Assembly: GCA_039714855.1 (NCBI GenBank)
Contig: JBDLIL010000001.1
Span: forward strand, 1-55,502
Direction: 5' to 3'
Length of the DNA: 55,502 nt
Origin: Patescibacteria group bacterium
GTDB taxonomy: Bacteria; Patescibacteriota; Microgenomatia; UBA1400; PJMF01
Shown here: piece by piece, positions 1 to 8,649 of the stretch
Numbering within the stretch: the stretch's first letter is position 1
Layout of the letters: the number at the start of each line of letters is the position of its first letter
Notes under the pieces: generated by a model
Database searches by the model: none
The model's input: the letters and a program-made list of their open reading frames with translations, nothing else
Told to the model about the DNA's origin: nothing
Made by a program: the position numbers and the translations under genes

Positions 1-1
1 C

Positions 2-604
2 CAACATAATTTAGTAAACATAACGCCTAGTGTAATTATCGCTAAAAAACTTGGTATTAGTGACGATCAAATTAAAAAATCTATAAAAACTTTTAAAGGC
101 TTACCACATAGGCTGGAGTTTGTAGCCAATATCAACGGCGTTGATTATTATAATGATTCTTTGGCAACCAACCCTCACGCTACTATCGCTGCGCTGGAAG
201 CATTTTCAGACAAAAATATTATTTTAATTGCCGGCGGCTATGACAGAGGCCTAGATTATTCTGAGCTAGCTGAAAAAATTTCAAAGTTAAAAGCTTGTCC
301 TGAGCAAGGTCGAGGGATCAAAAAACTAATTTTATTTCCCGATACTGGACAGAAAATCTTTGATGAGCTTAAAAAGCTTTCTACTAGTACACTAGTTACC
401 AAGTTACTAAGTAACTCGAAATTTGTTCGATCCATGCCGCAAGCAATTGAAAATGCTTCGCAAATTGCAAAACCTGGCAATATAGTCTTATTATCTCCTG
501 CTAGTGCTAGCTTTAATATGTTTGAGGATTATGCTGACAGAGGTAATCAGTTTAAAACAGCTGTTTCGGCCACAAACCAATCCCACTCTGCAGAAAAAAA
601 TTAA
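2..604 (+). CDS. murD: UDP-N-acetylmuramoylalanine--D-glutamate ligase, C-terminal part; the 5' end lies outside the window
   Basis: Frame 2 is open from the window edge. Translation ...KGLPHRLEFVANINGVDYYNDSLATNPHATIAALEAF...LLSPASASFNMFEDYADRGNQF matches the Mur ligase C-terminal domain in the MurD pattern. Confidence 0.85.
   Translation, partial: QHNLVNITPSVIIAKKLGISDDQIKKSIKTFKGLPHRLEFVANINGVDYYNDSLATNPHATIAALEAFSDKNIILIAGGYDRGLDYSELAEKISKLKACPEQGRGIKKLILFPDTGQKIFDELKKLSTSTLVTKLLSNSKFVRSMPQAIENASQIAKPGNIVLLSPASASFNMFEDYADRGNQFKTAVSATNQSHSAEKN
293..319. repeat. GC-rich patch in-frame in murD (encodes ..ACPEQGRGI..)
   Basis: gcttgtcctgagcaaggtcgagggatc stands out against the AT-rich flanks. 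Its reverse complement gatccctcgaccttgctcagg resembles the 5' part of the element at 12603 (gatccctcggctatgcttccg, about 16/21 identical). Confidence 0.35.
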
Positions 605-653
605 ATATATCAAACTCGTACATATTTCCGCTGTATTGGCATAATTAGCTTTT

Positions 654-1112
654 GTGCTATATTTAGCTGCAGTGAAAAAATCAAAAGCCAATTCTCCAGT
701 TGCCACACTCCATGATATTAAAGAAATGACTCATTTTATAGTCACCACAATAAATGAAATCTTCGGTCAACAGAATAAAAGATTGATCAAATTGGAAAAA
801 AATTATACAAAACTAGAAAGAGGTCAAGGGGAATTAAAAAGCAACTATGTTGAATTGAAGAAGGGCCAGGCAGAATTAAAAAGCAACTACGTGGAATTAA
901 AAGAAGGTCAAAGGGAATTAAAAAGCAACTACGCGGAATTAAAAGAAGGTCAGTCTCAACAATTAGATGCAAGCCTACAAGTGGTTGATGAACTAAAAAC
1001 CATGCGTGAAGAACAAGCAGCCCAAGCAAAACATAACGGCAGAACTAACGACGCATTGCAAGAGCATGATCAAAGAATCACTATACTTGAACAAAATTTT
1101 TCAATAATATAA
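654..1112 (+). CDS. hypothetical coiled-coil protein with 14-aa tandem repeats
   Basis: ORF of 152 aa. It contains GQGELKSNYVELKK/GQAELKSNYVELKE/GQRELKSNYAELKE. No family recognised and the start codon is uncertain. Confidence 0.5.
   Translation: MLYLAAVKKSKANSPVATLHDIKEMTHFIVTTINEIFGQQNKRLIKLEKNYTKLERGQGELKSNYVELKKGQAELKSNYVELKEGQRELKSNYAELKEGQSQQLDASLQVVDELKTMREEQAAQAKHNGRTNDALQEHDQRITILEQNFSII
822..953 (+). repeat. 42-bp in-frame tandem repeat, 3 copies plus a partial copy
   Basis: Units at 822-863, 864-905 and 906-947, consensus ggtcaaggggaattaaaaagcaactatgttgaattgaagaag. Copies differ at a few positions. Confidence 0.85.
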
Positions 1113-1115
1113 ATC

Positions 1116-2066
1116 TTAATCTACCAACTGTGCTGTCACTACACCTCTGCGCAAATAAGTTCCTTCAGGTGTACAAGTAACTAATTTCAGAAGCCTACTA
1201 TCATAACGCTGCATAAGAATATAAGTATCTTCCGGCTTGACTTCGCGTTTATTAATTACTCTGTAAGTATATTTAACATCGTCATGAGTGACATAAATCT
1301 CATCGCCTTTATTTAGAGTCATAATATAGCTAAATATCGAATTGTACCTATTGGGATTGTTTATTTTGGGATTATAAAATTGACGCAAAATAGAATGACC
1401 AAAAACTACTGGCGCCCCAGGTTGACCAGGAATTGCAGTCCCAGGATAATGAATCAAGCTAGCCTTTAAGTCATTGCCCCCTATTTTTACTGCTGCATTC
1501 TCTACTTCGATTTTAGGTATATCAATTTTATAAGTATCATCAGACACTTCTTGTTCTTCAATACTAGTATCAAACCAATTGTTTAGGTTAGTGAAATCTA
1601 ATTCACTATTAATAATCAAGGGACCCACACCTTCATCTTCTAGCAAAGATTCTTCTGATGACAAAGTCTGTGCATAAACAATAGGCTGTGCTTCTATAAT
1701 TTCCTCATAAGGCACAGGAGCTAAGAAATTTTCTTTGCTAAGCTCAATAGTAGTGGTAAGAGAATATGAAACTATGGGCACAATTGCACTAGACAAAAGC
1801 AAGATACCAACAGTTAAAAAAGCAAAGGGGAGCAATCTGGTAAAAACTCGTACTAATAAAGGTAATCTACGTTGAAGTTTGTTTTCATACTCTTGTGTAT
1901 CTTGTTCTTCCAATTTTTCTGCTACTTCGGAGCGCTGAGAATACTTGGCAATCATTTTCTCCAAAGTCTCCATAGAGACACCCAACTTCATAGCTTTTCT
2001 ATATATAGCTACCAGCCTTTCCTTGGAAACAGGATCGGGAGATTTTTTTTTCTTGGAAAACCACAT
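1116..2066 (-). CDS. sortase-family transpeptidase with a long N-terminal cytoplasmic extension and one TM segment
   Basis: Contains the ..VVFGHSIL.. His motif, the LKLVTCTP active-site Cys motif (TLxTC type) and a downstream Arg (YLRRG). TM helix at LLPFAFLTVGILLLSSAIVPIV. Confidence 0.8.
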   Translation of the reverse strand: MWFSKKKKSPDPVSKERLVAIYRKAMKLGVSMETLEKMIAKYSQRSEVAEKLEEQDTQEYENKLQRRLPLLVRVFTRLLPFAFLTVGILLLSSAIVPIVSYSLTTTIELSKENFLAPVPYEEIIEAQPIVYAQTLSSEESLLEDEGVGPLIINSELDFTNLNNWFDTSIEEQEVSDDTYKIDIPKIEVENAAVKIGGNDLKASLIHYPGTAIPGQPGAPVVFGHSILRQFYNPKINNPNRYNSIFSYIMTLNKGDEIYVTHDDVKYTYRVINKREVKPEDTYILMQRYDSRLLKLVTCTPEGTYLRRGVVTAQLVD

Positions 2067-2081
2067 GTTAAAAGTGTACAG

Positions 2082-4244
2082 TTATTCTGCTCCTGAAACA
2101 ATTATTGTCACTCTCTTTTCATCCTTGGGTATCTTTTTGATTAAGCTAGCAGCCAAAGCTGGTTCAAAATTAACCACTACATTGGTAATTTCATTTTTTG
2201 AATTCAGCAGTTTTTCAGCTTCATTTATTGATTTGTTAAATATTTCAGATAATAGGGAATCTGTATTTAAATTAGCATAAGCATCAGAGCTTAAATTGGC
2301 CTCTAATATTACATCATCCGATTCTTCCTCGGATTCACTAGGACTAGACAAAATCTGGGGTCGACCTGTAAGAATGAAACCGTCTGGCAACTCTGATTTT
2401 AAAACTACCTTTGCCAAAGGTAGTAAATCTTGGGCATTATAGGAATAGGCCTCCACAGCCAACTCTAAACTTAATGAAAAAGTATTAACTTCATCTCCAA
2501 TTTCTGCATCGAAGCTTTCACTAAGAATTTTGCTTTTTCCGGTAACAACAAAATACATAGCATCCTTTGATTCATTAGCAAATTCATCACTAGCTAATTT
2601 AATTAACTCCTCTTTTAAAGAAATCGAGATATCTGCTACGTCTTGTTTGGAAACCACTTGGATTTCTCTACTAGCACCTCCAGTGAAAGCTTCTATGGAT
2701 TTGGCCTCATAACTACTAGCACTGAAATCTTCTACTGCAAATTTAAAATCTGCCACAATATTGCTTTCAGCTCCAATTTCTTGCGCTATTACTCCCACCT
2801 CTTTTTTACCAGGAACTTTTGTTTCAATGTCGCTGTCTTCGTCAATTGTAATTTTTGCTGCTGACACAATTACTTCTTCATCAATAGCGAACACTTTTCC
2901 ATCTGCAGAAATTTGAGTACCTTTGGCAAAGGTTTTTTCACTATCTGTTTTATTCAAAATTTCCACTTTGCCACTAGCTGCATCACCAATGATTTTGACT
3001 CCTGTGGATGGAGCAGTGTTAGAGCCAGTCACTGCTTTCTCTGTCACCCGAGCTGCCAAAATCATTTCATTAAAATCTGACTCTTCGATATTAGAATCTA
3101 AAGTAATAGCAATATCTTTATTGATATTCTGGCTCACTGGCGTGAGTAAAATTGATACTTTAGCCATGCTGAACAAAGCAATAATTGACCCAAAAAACAA
3201 GAATATTAAACCCATAACAAAGCCTAGTGCTGCTAACTTGTGATGAGATATTTCTTCCATAATATTTCCAGGATTTAAACGAATTTTTTCAGTCAAGCCT
3301 GCCTGCTGATGAAACAGAGACCGATCAACCTTCGGCTTATTTTTTGCCTTAATCAGTGAAGCAATGCCTTGTTTTGTTAATTGTTTAGTCCCTAATTCTT
3401 GAAAACCAAAGTCGGTTTCTTCAGTTGTAGCAGTTTCTTGCCCTGATGAAGCAATAACAAGTTTTTCACTAGTAGCATCTTGATCACTGATTAACCCCTT
3501 CGCCTTTCCCACCACCTTGCCTCCAGTTTTGATGATAGCTTCGATACTTTCTTTGGTATTTATTATCTCCACCACTGGACGTTGCAAAAAATTGTGACTC
3601 TCGCGCCAATCTTTTTTAATTAATTTTTGTTGTTGCTTACTTATCTCTGCATCTGACACTTCTGTAGAATGCAAAATCATTCTAGGTGGATAACTTCGTT
3701 TTGAGACTGAAGGAGACTTTTCAAGCCTGGCCAAAGCTTCTGCAAGATCTGCACTCAGATCGTCTGATCTACCCACGTTTTCTCTAGATAAAATACTTCC
3801 ACCCTCTACGAATAAAAGTTCCAAGCTGGATTTTTCTAGTGTCAGTAGCAAACTAGCATTGACAGCTTTTTCATTTTTTAAATAATCTAAAATTACCTCA
3901 GAACCAACTACAAAACCAACTACCTTGAGAGATAGGTTACTGCTGAGCTTTTTTAAAATCGGCTTTTTATCATCTGAGATTCCGCCATTGGCCCAACTGC
4001 TTTTTAGACAAAATAAAACCTGATCGGTCTTTTCAGACATCTCGCCCAACTCTTGTAGAGACTGATCTGTCTTTAACAATAAAGCTTCTACATCAGAAAA
4101 ATCATGCGGTTTAGAAGTTTTTAAGATTTCTATTTCACCCTCATCTATTCGCCACAAGGCGCTGCGCACTGCCGTGTCAGATAAAAAAACTGCCAAAAAT
4201 AAATAGGGATCTTTTTTGTCTGAAAATACATTCGGGAGTGGCAT
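2082..4244 (-). CDS. hypothetical bitopic membrane protein (about 340-aa cytoplasmic part, one TM, about 360-aa acidic external part)
   Basis: Long ORF with TM segment LAALGFVMGLIFLFFGSIIALFSMA. Lies between alaS and the sortase gene on the same strand. ATG at 4244 chosen; an upstream TTG at 4280 is also possible. No family recognised. Confidence 0.6.
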   Translation of the reverse strand: MPLPNVFSDKKDPYLFLAVFLSDTAVRSALWRIDEGEIEILKTSKPHDFSDVEALLLKTDQSLQELGEMSEKTDQVLFCLKSSWANGGISDDKKPILKKLSSNLSLKVVGFVVGSEVILDYLKNEKAVNASLLLTLEKSSLELLFVEGGSILSRENVGRSDDLSADLAEALARLEKSPSVSKRSYPPRMILHSTEVSDAEISKQQQKLIKKDWRESHNFLQRPVVEIINTKESIEAIIKTGGKVVGKAKGLISDQDATSEKLVIASSGQETATTEETDFGFQELGTKQLTKQGIASLIKAKNKPKVDRSLFHQQAGLTEKIRLNPGNIMEEISHHKLAALGFVMGLIFLFFGSIIALFSMAKVSILLTPVSQNINKDIAITLDSNIEESDFNEMILAARVTEKAVTGSNTAPSTGVKIIGDAASGKVEILNKTDSEKTFAKGTQISADGKVFAIDEEVIVSAAKITIDEDSDIETKVPGKKEVGVIAQEIGAESNIVADFKFAVEDFSASSYEAKSIEAFTGGASREIQVVSKQDVADISISLKEELIKLASDEFANESKDAMYFVVTGKSKILSESFDAEIGDEVNTFSLSLELAVEAYSYNAQDLLPLAKVVLKSELPDGFILTGRPQILSSPSESEEESDDVILEANLSSDAYANLNTDSLLSEIFNKSINEAEKLLNSKNEITNVVVNFEPALAASLIKKIPKDEKRVTIIVSGAE

Positions 4245-4293
4245 GGGGATATTATAGAGTAATTCTTGGGGAAGAAGCAAGGAAAAGATGTAA

Positions 4294-6162
4294 TCAAATT
4301 AACTCCATATAAACCCGTCTCATCCCCGTCCCCACTGCCTTCTCTTTGCTGATTTTTATCTCGCCAATTTCACCAGTATTTTTTACATGTGGGCCGCCAC
4401 AAAGTTCGTGACTGATCCAGTCGCGCCCTTCCGAAGCCTCGTGCGAAGGGGGGCCATCTGCAGGACCAATTACATAAACGCTTACTTCATCTGGATATTT
4501 TTCTGCAAAAAATGCTAGTGCCCCTTGTTCCAGTGCTTTTTGCTTATTCATATTTTTTTTGCTCACTGGCAAACTTGCTTTTATCCAAGTATTTACCTGC
4601 TCTTCTACTTGTTCTTTTTCTTCTTGGGTTAAAGCCTGTGGATGAGCGAAATCAAATCTTAATCTTTTTGCAGTAATGTTCGAGCCTTTTTGTTTTACAT
4701 GATTGCCTAAAATTTTGCGCAGTGCTGCGTGCAATAGGTGAGTGGCAGTGTGATACTTTACTGTGATTTCGCCAGCGTTAGCAAGACCACCTTTGAACAT
4801 TCCTACTGATGCTGTTCGAGATTTCTCTGCGTGTTCTTGGCGCAATTTTTCAAATTTATTTTTTATATTTTTTTCAACTTTAATATTTTTATTCTCTGCT
4901 TCTTCTATAGAAAGATCCAAAGGAAAACCATGTGTCTCATGGAGCTTAAAAGCTTGTTCTGCACTTAAAATACCCCTGCCTTCGGCCTGCCCCTCTGAAG
5001 AGGGGATTTCTTCAAACTTTCTCAAGCCTTTTTCCAGAGTTTTCAAAAACTTTTTTTCTTCTTCTTGCAAGGCATTTTTAATTTCTATTCTTTCTTCTTT
5101 ATTTTTTGGATAAACTTGACCATAAATTTCAAACACTACATCAACCAAATCGCTTACAAACTCTTTTGCTATGCCCAAATTTTTGCCATGCCTAATAGCC
5201 CTACGCAAAAGTCTACGAGAAAAATATCCCTGAGCTTTATTGCTAGGATAAACAGCATCGGCAGCTAGCATTACTGCAGCTTTTAGATGGTCAGCTATAA
5301 TTCTAAAAGATTCAAAATTCTCAGAGTATTTTTTATTACTAAGTTCTTCCAGTTTTTTAATAATTGGCGCAAATAAATCTGTTTTAAAAACATCTTGCTC
5401 ATCTTGCATGGCGGCTAATATTCTTTCGAATCCTCCACCAAAATCAATATTTTCTTGACTCAGCTTTTCAACCCCATCTGCAGTTTTTTTGTAACTCATA
5501 AACACGCTGTTTCCTATCTCCATAAATCTGCCGCAATCGCAATTTGGGTGACACTCTTCATCTTTCCAAACAGATTTTTCATGAAGTTTTAGCTCTGTGC
5601 CAAAATCATAAAATATCTCAGAACTTGGACCACCGGGCTCACCTACTGGCATTTGAGCTGGTGCGCCTGAACGTGACCACCAATTCTTCTCAGCAGAATA
5701 AGCATGAATGTGTTTTTCTGGTAAAGCTAAATCTAACCAAATCTTTTCAGCCTCTGTATCTTTCGGCACTAAATCATTACCTTCAAATATGCTTACTTGC
5801 AATTTTTCTTTTGGTAGCCTTAACTCAACTGTTAAAAATTCCCAAAGCCAATTTATTTGATCTTTTTTTGTATAAGATCCAAGCGACCAATTGCCCAACA
5901 TTTCAAAAAATGTTGTGTGCCTATTATCGCCGACTTCTTCTATGTCTACTGCTCTAAAACACTTTTGTGAATCTACTAAGCGATCACCCTTGGGGTGAGT
6001 TTGACCAAGTAAGTAAGGAACTAGTGGCTGCATGCCGCTACTCGTAAAAAGGGTGGTGGAATCATTTTCCGGAACCAGCGGAGCCGAAGGAATAATTTTA
6101 TGCTTGCGAATCTTGTCTGCAAAAAAATCTAAATATTTTTGGCGAAGTTGATTGGGAGTCAT
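4294..6162 (-). CDS. alaS: alanine--tRNA ligase, short form (622 aa), ending after the editing domain
   Basis: N-terminus MTPNQLRQKYLDFFADK..H..IPSAPLVP.NDSTTLFTSSGMQP. Editing-domain motifs HTATHLLHAALR and CGGPHV are present. No C-terminal C-Ala/DHHA1-type region. Confidence 0.9.
   Translation of the reverse strand: MTPNQLRQKYLDFFADKIRKHKIIPSAPLVPENDSTTLFTSSGMQPLVPYLLGQTHPKGDRLVDSQKCFRAVDIEEVGDNRHTTFFEMLGNWSLGSYTKKDQINWLWEFLTVELRLPKEKLQVSIFEGNDLVPKDTEAEKIWLDLALPEKHIHAYSAEKNWWSRSGAPAQMPVGEPGGPSSEIFYDFGTELKLHEKSVWKDEECHPNCDCGRFMEIGNSVFMSYKKTADGVEKLSQENIDFGGGFERILAAMQDEQDVFKTDLFAPIIKKLEELSNKKYSENFESFRIIADHLKAAVMLAADAVYPSNKAQGYFSRRLLRRAIRHGKNLGIAKEFVSDLVDVVFEIYGQVYPKNKEERIEIKNALQEEEKKFLKTLEKGLRKFEEIPSSEGQAEGRGILSAEQAFKLHETHGFPLDLSIEEAENKNIKVEKNIKNKFEKLRQEHAEKSRTASVGMFKGGLANAGEITVKYHTATHLLHAALRKILGNHVKQKGSNITAKRLRFDFAHPQALTQEEKEQVEEQVNTWIKASLPVSKKNMNKQKALEQGALAFFAEKYPDEVSVYVIGPADGPPSHEASEGRDWISHELCGGPHVKNTGEIGEIKISKEKAVGTGMRRVYMELI
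4420..4456. repeat. GC-rich hairpin patch in-frame in alaS (encodes ..GPPSHEASEGRDW..)
   Basis: Stem cccttc (4426-4431) pairs with gaaggg (4445-4450). It sits in a locally GC-rich stretch within an AT-rich gene. Confidence 0.35.
4973..5006. repeat. GC-rich hairpin patch in-frame in alaS (encodes ..PSSEGQAEGRGIL..)
   Basis: Stem cccctc (4990-4995), tetraloop tgaa, stem gagggg (5000-5005), preceded by cccctgccttcggcctgc. Confidence 0.35.
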
Positions 6163-6205
6163 GAAGGAATTATATCAGCTTAACAATATACACTGAGAGA
6201 TGAGA

Positions 6206-6505
6206 CTAAGTACCCCTAAACTTCTTTTTTTTCACTGTTTTAGTTTTAGAAGTTTTAGGTTTTACATTTTTCTTTGTAGGAGTAGATAACTTGCCAACAG
6301 CATCGCCAATCATTTCTTTCAACCCCTTGCCCGACTCAATCACTCCCTCTTTCTCCAACTCTCCCTTAGCTTTTTCCCACTCTTTAGCCAATTGAGTTCT
6401 TACTGAATCTCCTTTTTTTGTGCCAAACAAAAAATATCCAGCAGCACCAGCAAAAAGACCAACCGTAAAACCATTCAAAAATGACCCATGTTTTTCTTCT
6501 GACAT
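6206..6505 (-). CDS. YtxH-like small membrane-anchored protein
   Basis: GFTVGLFAGAAGYFLFGTKKGDSVRTQL.. matches the YtxH-type N-terminus. Lys-rich tail. Confidence 0.55.
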   Translation of the reverse strand: MSEEKHGSFLNGFTVGLFAGAAGYFLFGTKKGDSVRTQLAKEWEKAKGELEKEGVIESGKGLKEMIGDAVGKLSTPTKKNVKPKTSKTKTVKKKKFRGT

Positions 6506-6510
6506 AAAAC

Positions 6511-6566
6511 CTCACCTCCCTGTTTCGCAATGCAAAACTAGGGGTCCTCTCCATTTCTGGAGAGGA
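6511..6566. repeat. GC-rich intergenic element with an 8-bp hairpin
   Basis: Stem cctctcca (6546-6553), loop tttc, stem tggagagg (6558-6565). Lies between two co-oriented minus-strand genes. Confidence 0.45.
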
Positions 6567-6580
6567 TAATATTGATCAAA

Positions 6581-6850
6581 TTATTTACTAACTTTATCTT
6601 TGTTTAACCAGCTCACAAATGCTTCAAACACTTTCATGCCGGCACCCAAGCCCTGCGCCATACCACCCAAATTTTGCAGTGGCTTAACTACTAAGTTAAC
6701 CTGAGTCTCTACCGTGTCTAGAGTCTTATTGAGTTTAGCCAAGGTCTTGCGCACTTCCAAAAGCACTAAAAAAACCTGTACTCCCACTATGGATAAAACT
6801 ACTGAAATGATGATCACTACAACCGCAAATATGACTGATAGGGGATCCAT
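6581..6850 (-). CDS. small membrane protein, DUF948-like
   Basis: N-terminal TM VIFAVVVIIISVVLSIVGVQVFLVLL followed by the helical stretch EVRKTLAKLNKTLDTVE. Confidence 0.45.
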   Translation of the reverse strand: MDPLSVIFAVVVIIISVVLSIVGVQVFLVLLEVRKTLAKLNKTLDTVETQVNLVVKPLQNLGGMAQGLGAGMKVFEAFVSWLNKDKVSK

Positions 6851-6913
6851 AAAACCTCCGATTAAATTTAACTAATATTTAGTATCCAATATCTAGTATT
6901 TAATATCTAGTAT

Positions 6914-7558
6914 CTAAAACTCTACTCTTACTGTCCTCTGAATAACATTGGTCTTACCACGTCGATCCGTAGCTTCAATGGTAATAGTATTCAAACCTTC
7001 TCTGGGCAAATAAACCTCTGTTTGAAAATTGCCATTTACATCTAATTCCACAGATTGAGTATTAATTAACAATGTGGCATCATTAACACTTTTACCTTCC
7101 ACTATTACTTTGGCAGCTACTCTTTCATCCTCTTGTGGTTTAGAAATTTCTAAAAATGGTGGTTTTTGTAAGTTGTACCACTGCACTGCAATATAGCTAA
7201 TAAGAGCAATAAATAAACTACTTAAAATTAACAAAGCAAAAGTTATCGGAGTCCACCACTGCCTCTTTTTTAAAACTGGCTTAATAAATTCTTGAGGAAT
7301 TAACTTACCCTTAGCACTTTCTTTGTAATCTCTTCTCAAGAGGGCTAAAATTGGTTTTTCATCAAAAGCAAAAATTTGAGCATATGTTCTAATGTAACCC
7401 TTGGTATAAGTTGCTGCTGGCAACATCTCAAATTGATTGTTTTCCAAAAGCTCGAGGTAACCCTCACGAATATGCGTTTTTGCCGCCAAATCCTCCAAAG
7501 AAACCTTATGGTATTCTCTATAATCTTTTAGTATTTCACCTATGCTTTTACTGCGCAT
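6914..7558 (-). CDS. rodZ: RodZ-like HTH membrane protein
   Basis: N-terminal XRE-type HTH: IGEILKDYREYHKVSLEDLAAKTHIREGYLELLENNQFEMLPAATYTKGYIRTYA. One TM and an external beta-rich C-terminus. GGAGG Shine-Dalgarno sequence upstream. Confidence 0.7.
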   Translation of the reverse strand: MRSKSIGEILKDYREYHKVSLEDLAAKTHIREGYLELLENNQFEMLPAATYTKGYIRTYAQIFAFDEKPILALLRRDYKESAKGKLIPQEFIKPVLKKRQWWTPITFALLILSSLFIALISYIAVQWYNLQKPPFLEISKPQEDERVAAKVIVEGKSVNDATLLINTQSVELDVNGNFQTEVYLPREGLNTITIEATDRRGKTNVIQRTVRVEF

Positions 7559-7569
7559 ATACCTCCAGT

Positions 7570-7609
7570 GTCATCCCTGTACCTGTCCGCCCTTGGCGGG
7601 AAAACGGGA
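7570..7609 (-). repeat. GC-rich hairpin element, same family as 12603-12647
   Basis: The reverse complement tcccgttttcccgccaagggcggacaggtacagggatgac shares CCGCCAARGGCGGAC (14/15) and the terminal GGGATGAC (8/8) with 12603-12647. Confidence 0.6.
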
Positions 7610-8026
7610 TTTAACTAACTCGCTCACCCTGCTTCCATCTGCTTTGCCCGCAAGCTTACTCATAACTTTACCAATCATAGGACCTATTTCCAAACCCTGG
7701 TTTGATTCAACTACTTCATTAACTATTTTTTCCAATTCTTCTTGACTCATCTGCTTTGGTAAATATTTTGCCAAAACTTCTAATTTTTTCTCCTCTTTTG
7801 TGACTAAATCTTGCCTGTCGCCTCTTTTGAATTCTGAAATCGCTTCTTTGATTTTCTTGACTTGAGAACTAATAATTTTTTCTATATCTTTGTCATCTTG
7901 TTCACCCTTATCAATTTCTACATTTTTGATTTCAGAGAGTAAAAACCTAATGGTTTGCAAGACATCCATGTCTCTAGCCTTCATAGCTGTTTTCATGTCA
8001 TTTGTTAACTTTTGTTTTAAAATCAT
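7571..8026 (-). CDS. yqeY: GatB/YqeY domain protein
   Basis: MILKQKLTNDMKTAMKARDMDVLQTIRFLLSEIKN.. with an AGGAG Shine-Dalgarno sequence before the ATG at 8026. The last about 12 codons (SRFPAKGGQVQG) and the stop codon lie inside the GC-rich element. Confidence 0.8.
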   Translation of the reverse strand: MILKQKLTNDMKTAMKARDMDVLQTIRFLLSEIKNVEIDKGEQDDKDIEKIISSQVKKIKEAISEFKRGDRQDLVTKEEKKLEVLAKYLPKQMSQEELEKIVNEVVESNQGLEIGPMIGKVMSKLAGKADGSRVSELVKSRFPAKGGQVQG

Positions 8027-8077
8027 AATTACTCTCCTGATTTGATAAATTATAATAAGCAATTATACTAATATTAT

Positions 8078-8641
8078 ATGAAAATAAAAAATCCTCTCAT
8101 CATTCTCGGTGGAATAATTTTACTAATTGGCTTTTACCTAATTGGAGTCTACAACTCTTTAGTTGGCGTTGCTCAAGAAGTAGATGGTCAGTGGGCTCAA
8201 GTAGAAACCCAATATCAACGCCGATTTGACCTAATTCCCAACTTGCTTGAATCTACCAAAGGAATATTTGAACAAGAGAAAGAAGTTTTTGGCCTTATTG
8301 CTGATGCGCGCAGTAGATATTCTGGGGCTGCAAATCAAACTGAAAAAGTAAAAGCTGCTAACAGTCTAGAATCAGCTATCGGTAGATTGCTAGTAATAGT
8401 AGAAAGTTATCCGGAATTAAAATCCAATGAAACTGTTCTTGGTCTTATGGATGAGCTGGCTGGCACTGAAAACAGAGTCAGTGTAGAAAGAAAGCGCTAT
8501 AATGACAAAGTAAAAATTTACAACGTAAAAACAAAAACTTTCCCAACAGTCTTGGTGGCTGGCATGCTGGGCTTTGCTGATAAAGCATATTTTGAAGCTG
8601 CAGAAACGGCCCAAGAAGCGCCAGTAATTGATTTTAATTAG
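8078..8641 (+). CDS. lemA: LemA family protein
   Basis: N-terminal TM followed by YNSLV...V...W.QVE.QYQRR.DLIPNL....K....E. in the LemA pattern. Confidence 0.85.
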   Translation: MKIKNPLIILGGIILLIGFYLIGVYNSLVGVAQEVDGQWAQVETQYQRRFDLIPNLLESTKGIFEQEKEVFGLIADARSRYSGAANQTEKVKAANSLESAIGRLLVIVESYPELKSNETVLGLMDELAGTENRVSVERKRYNDKVKIYNVKTKTFPTVLVAGMLGFADKAYFEAAETAQEAPVIDFN

Positions 8642-8649
8642 ACATCGCC

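Noticed and set aside
822-953. Possible CRISPR array or other spaced-repeat locus
   Set aside because: The repeats are directly tandem with no spacers, are in-frame and encode a coiled coil. No CRISPR-like repeat-spacer structure or cas gene was seen anywhere in the window.
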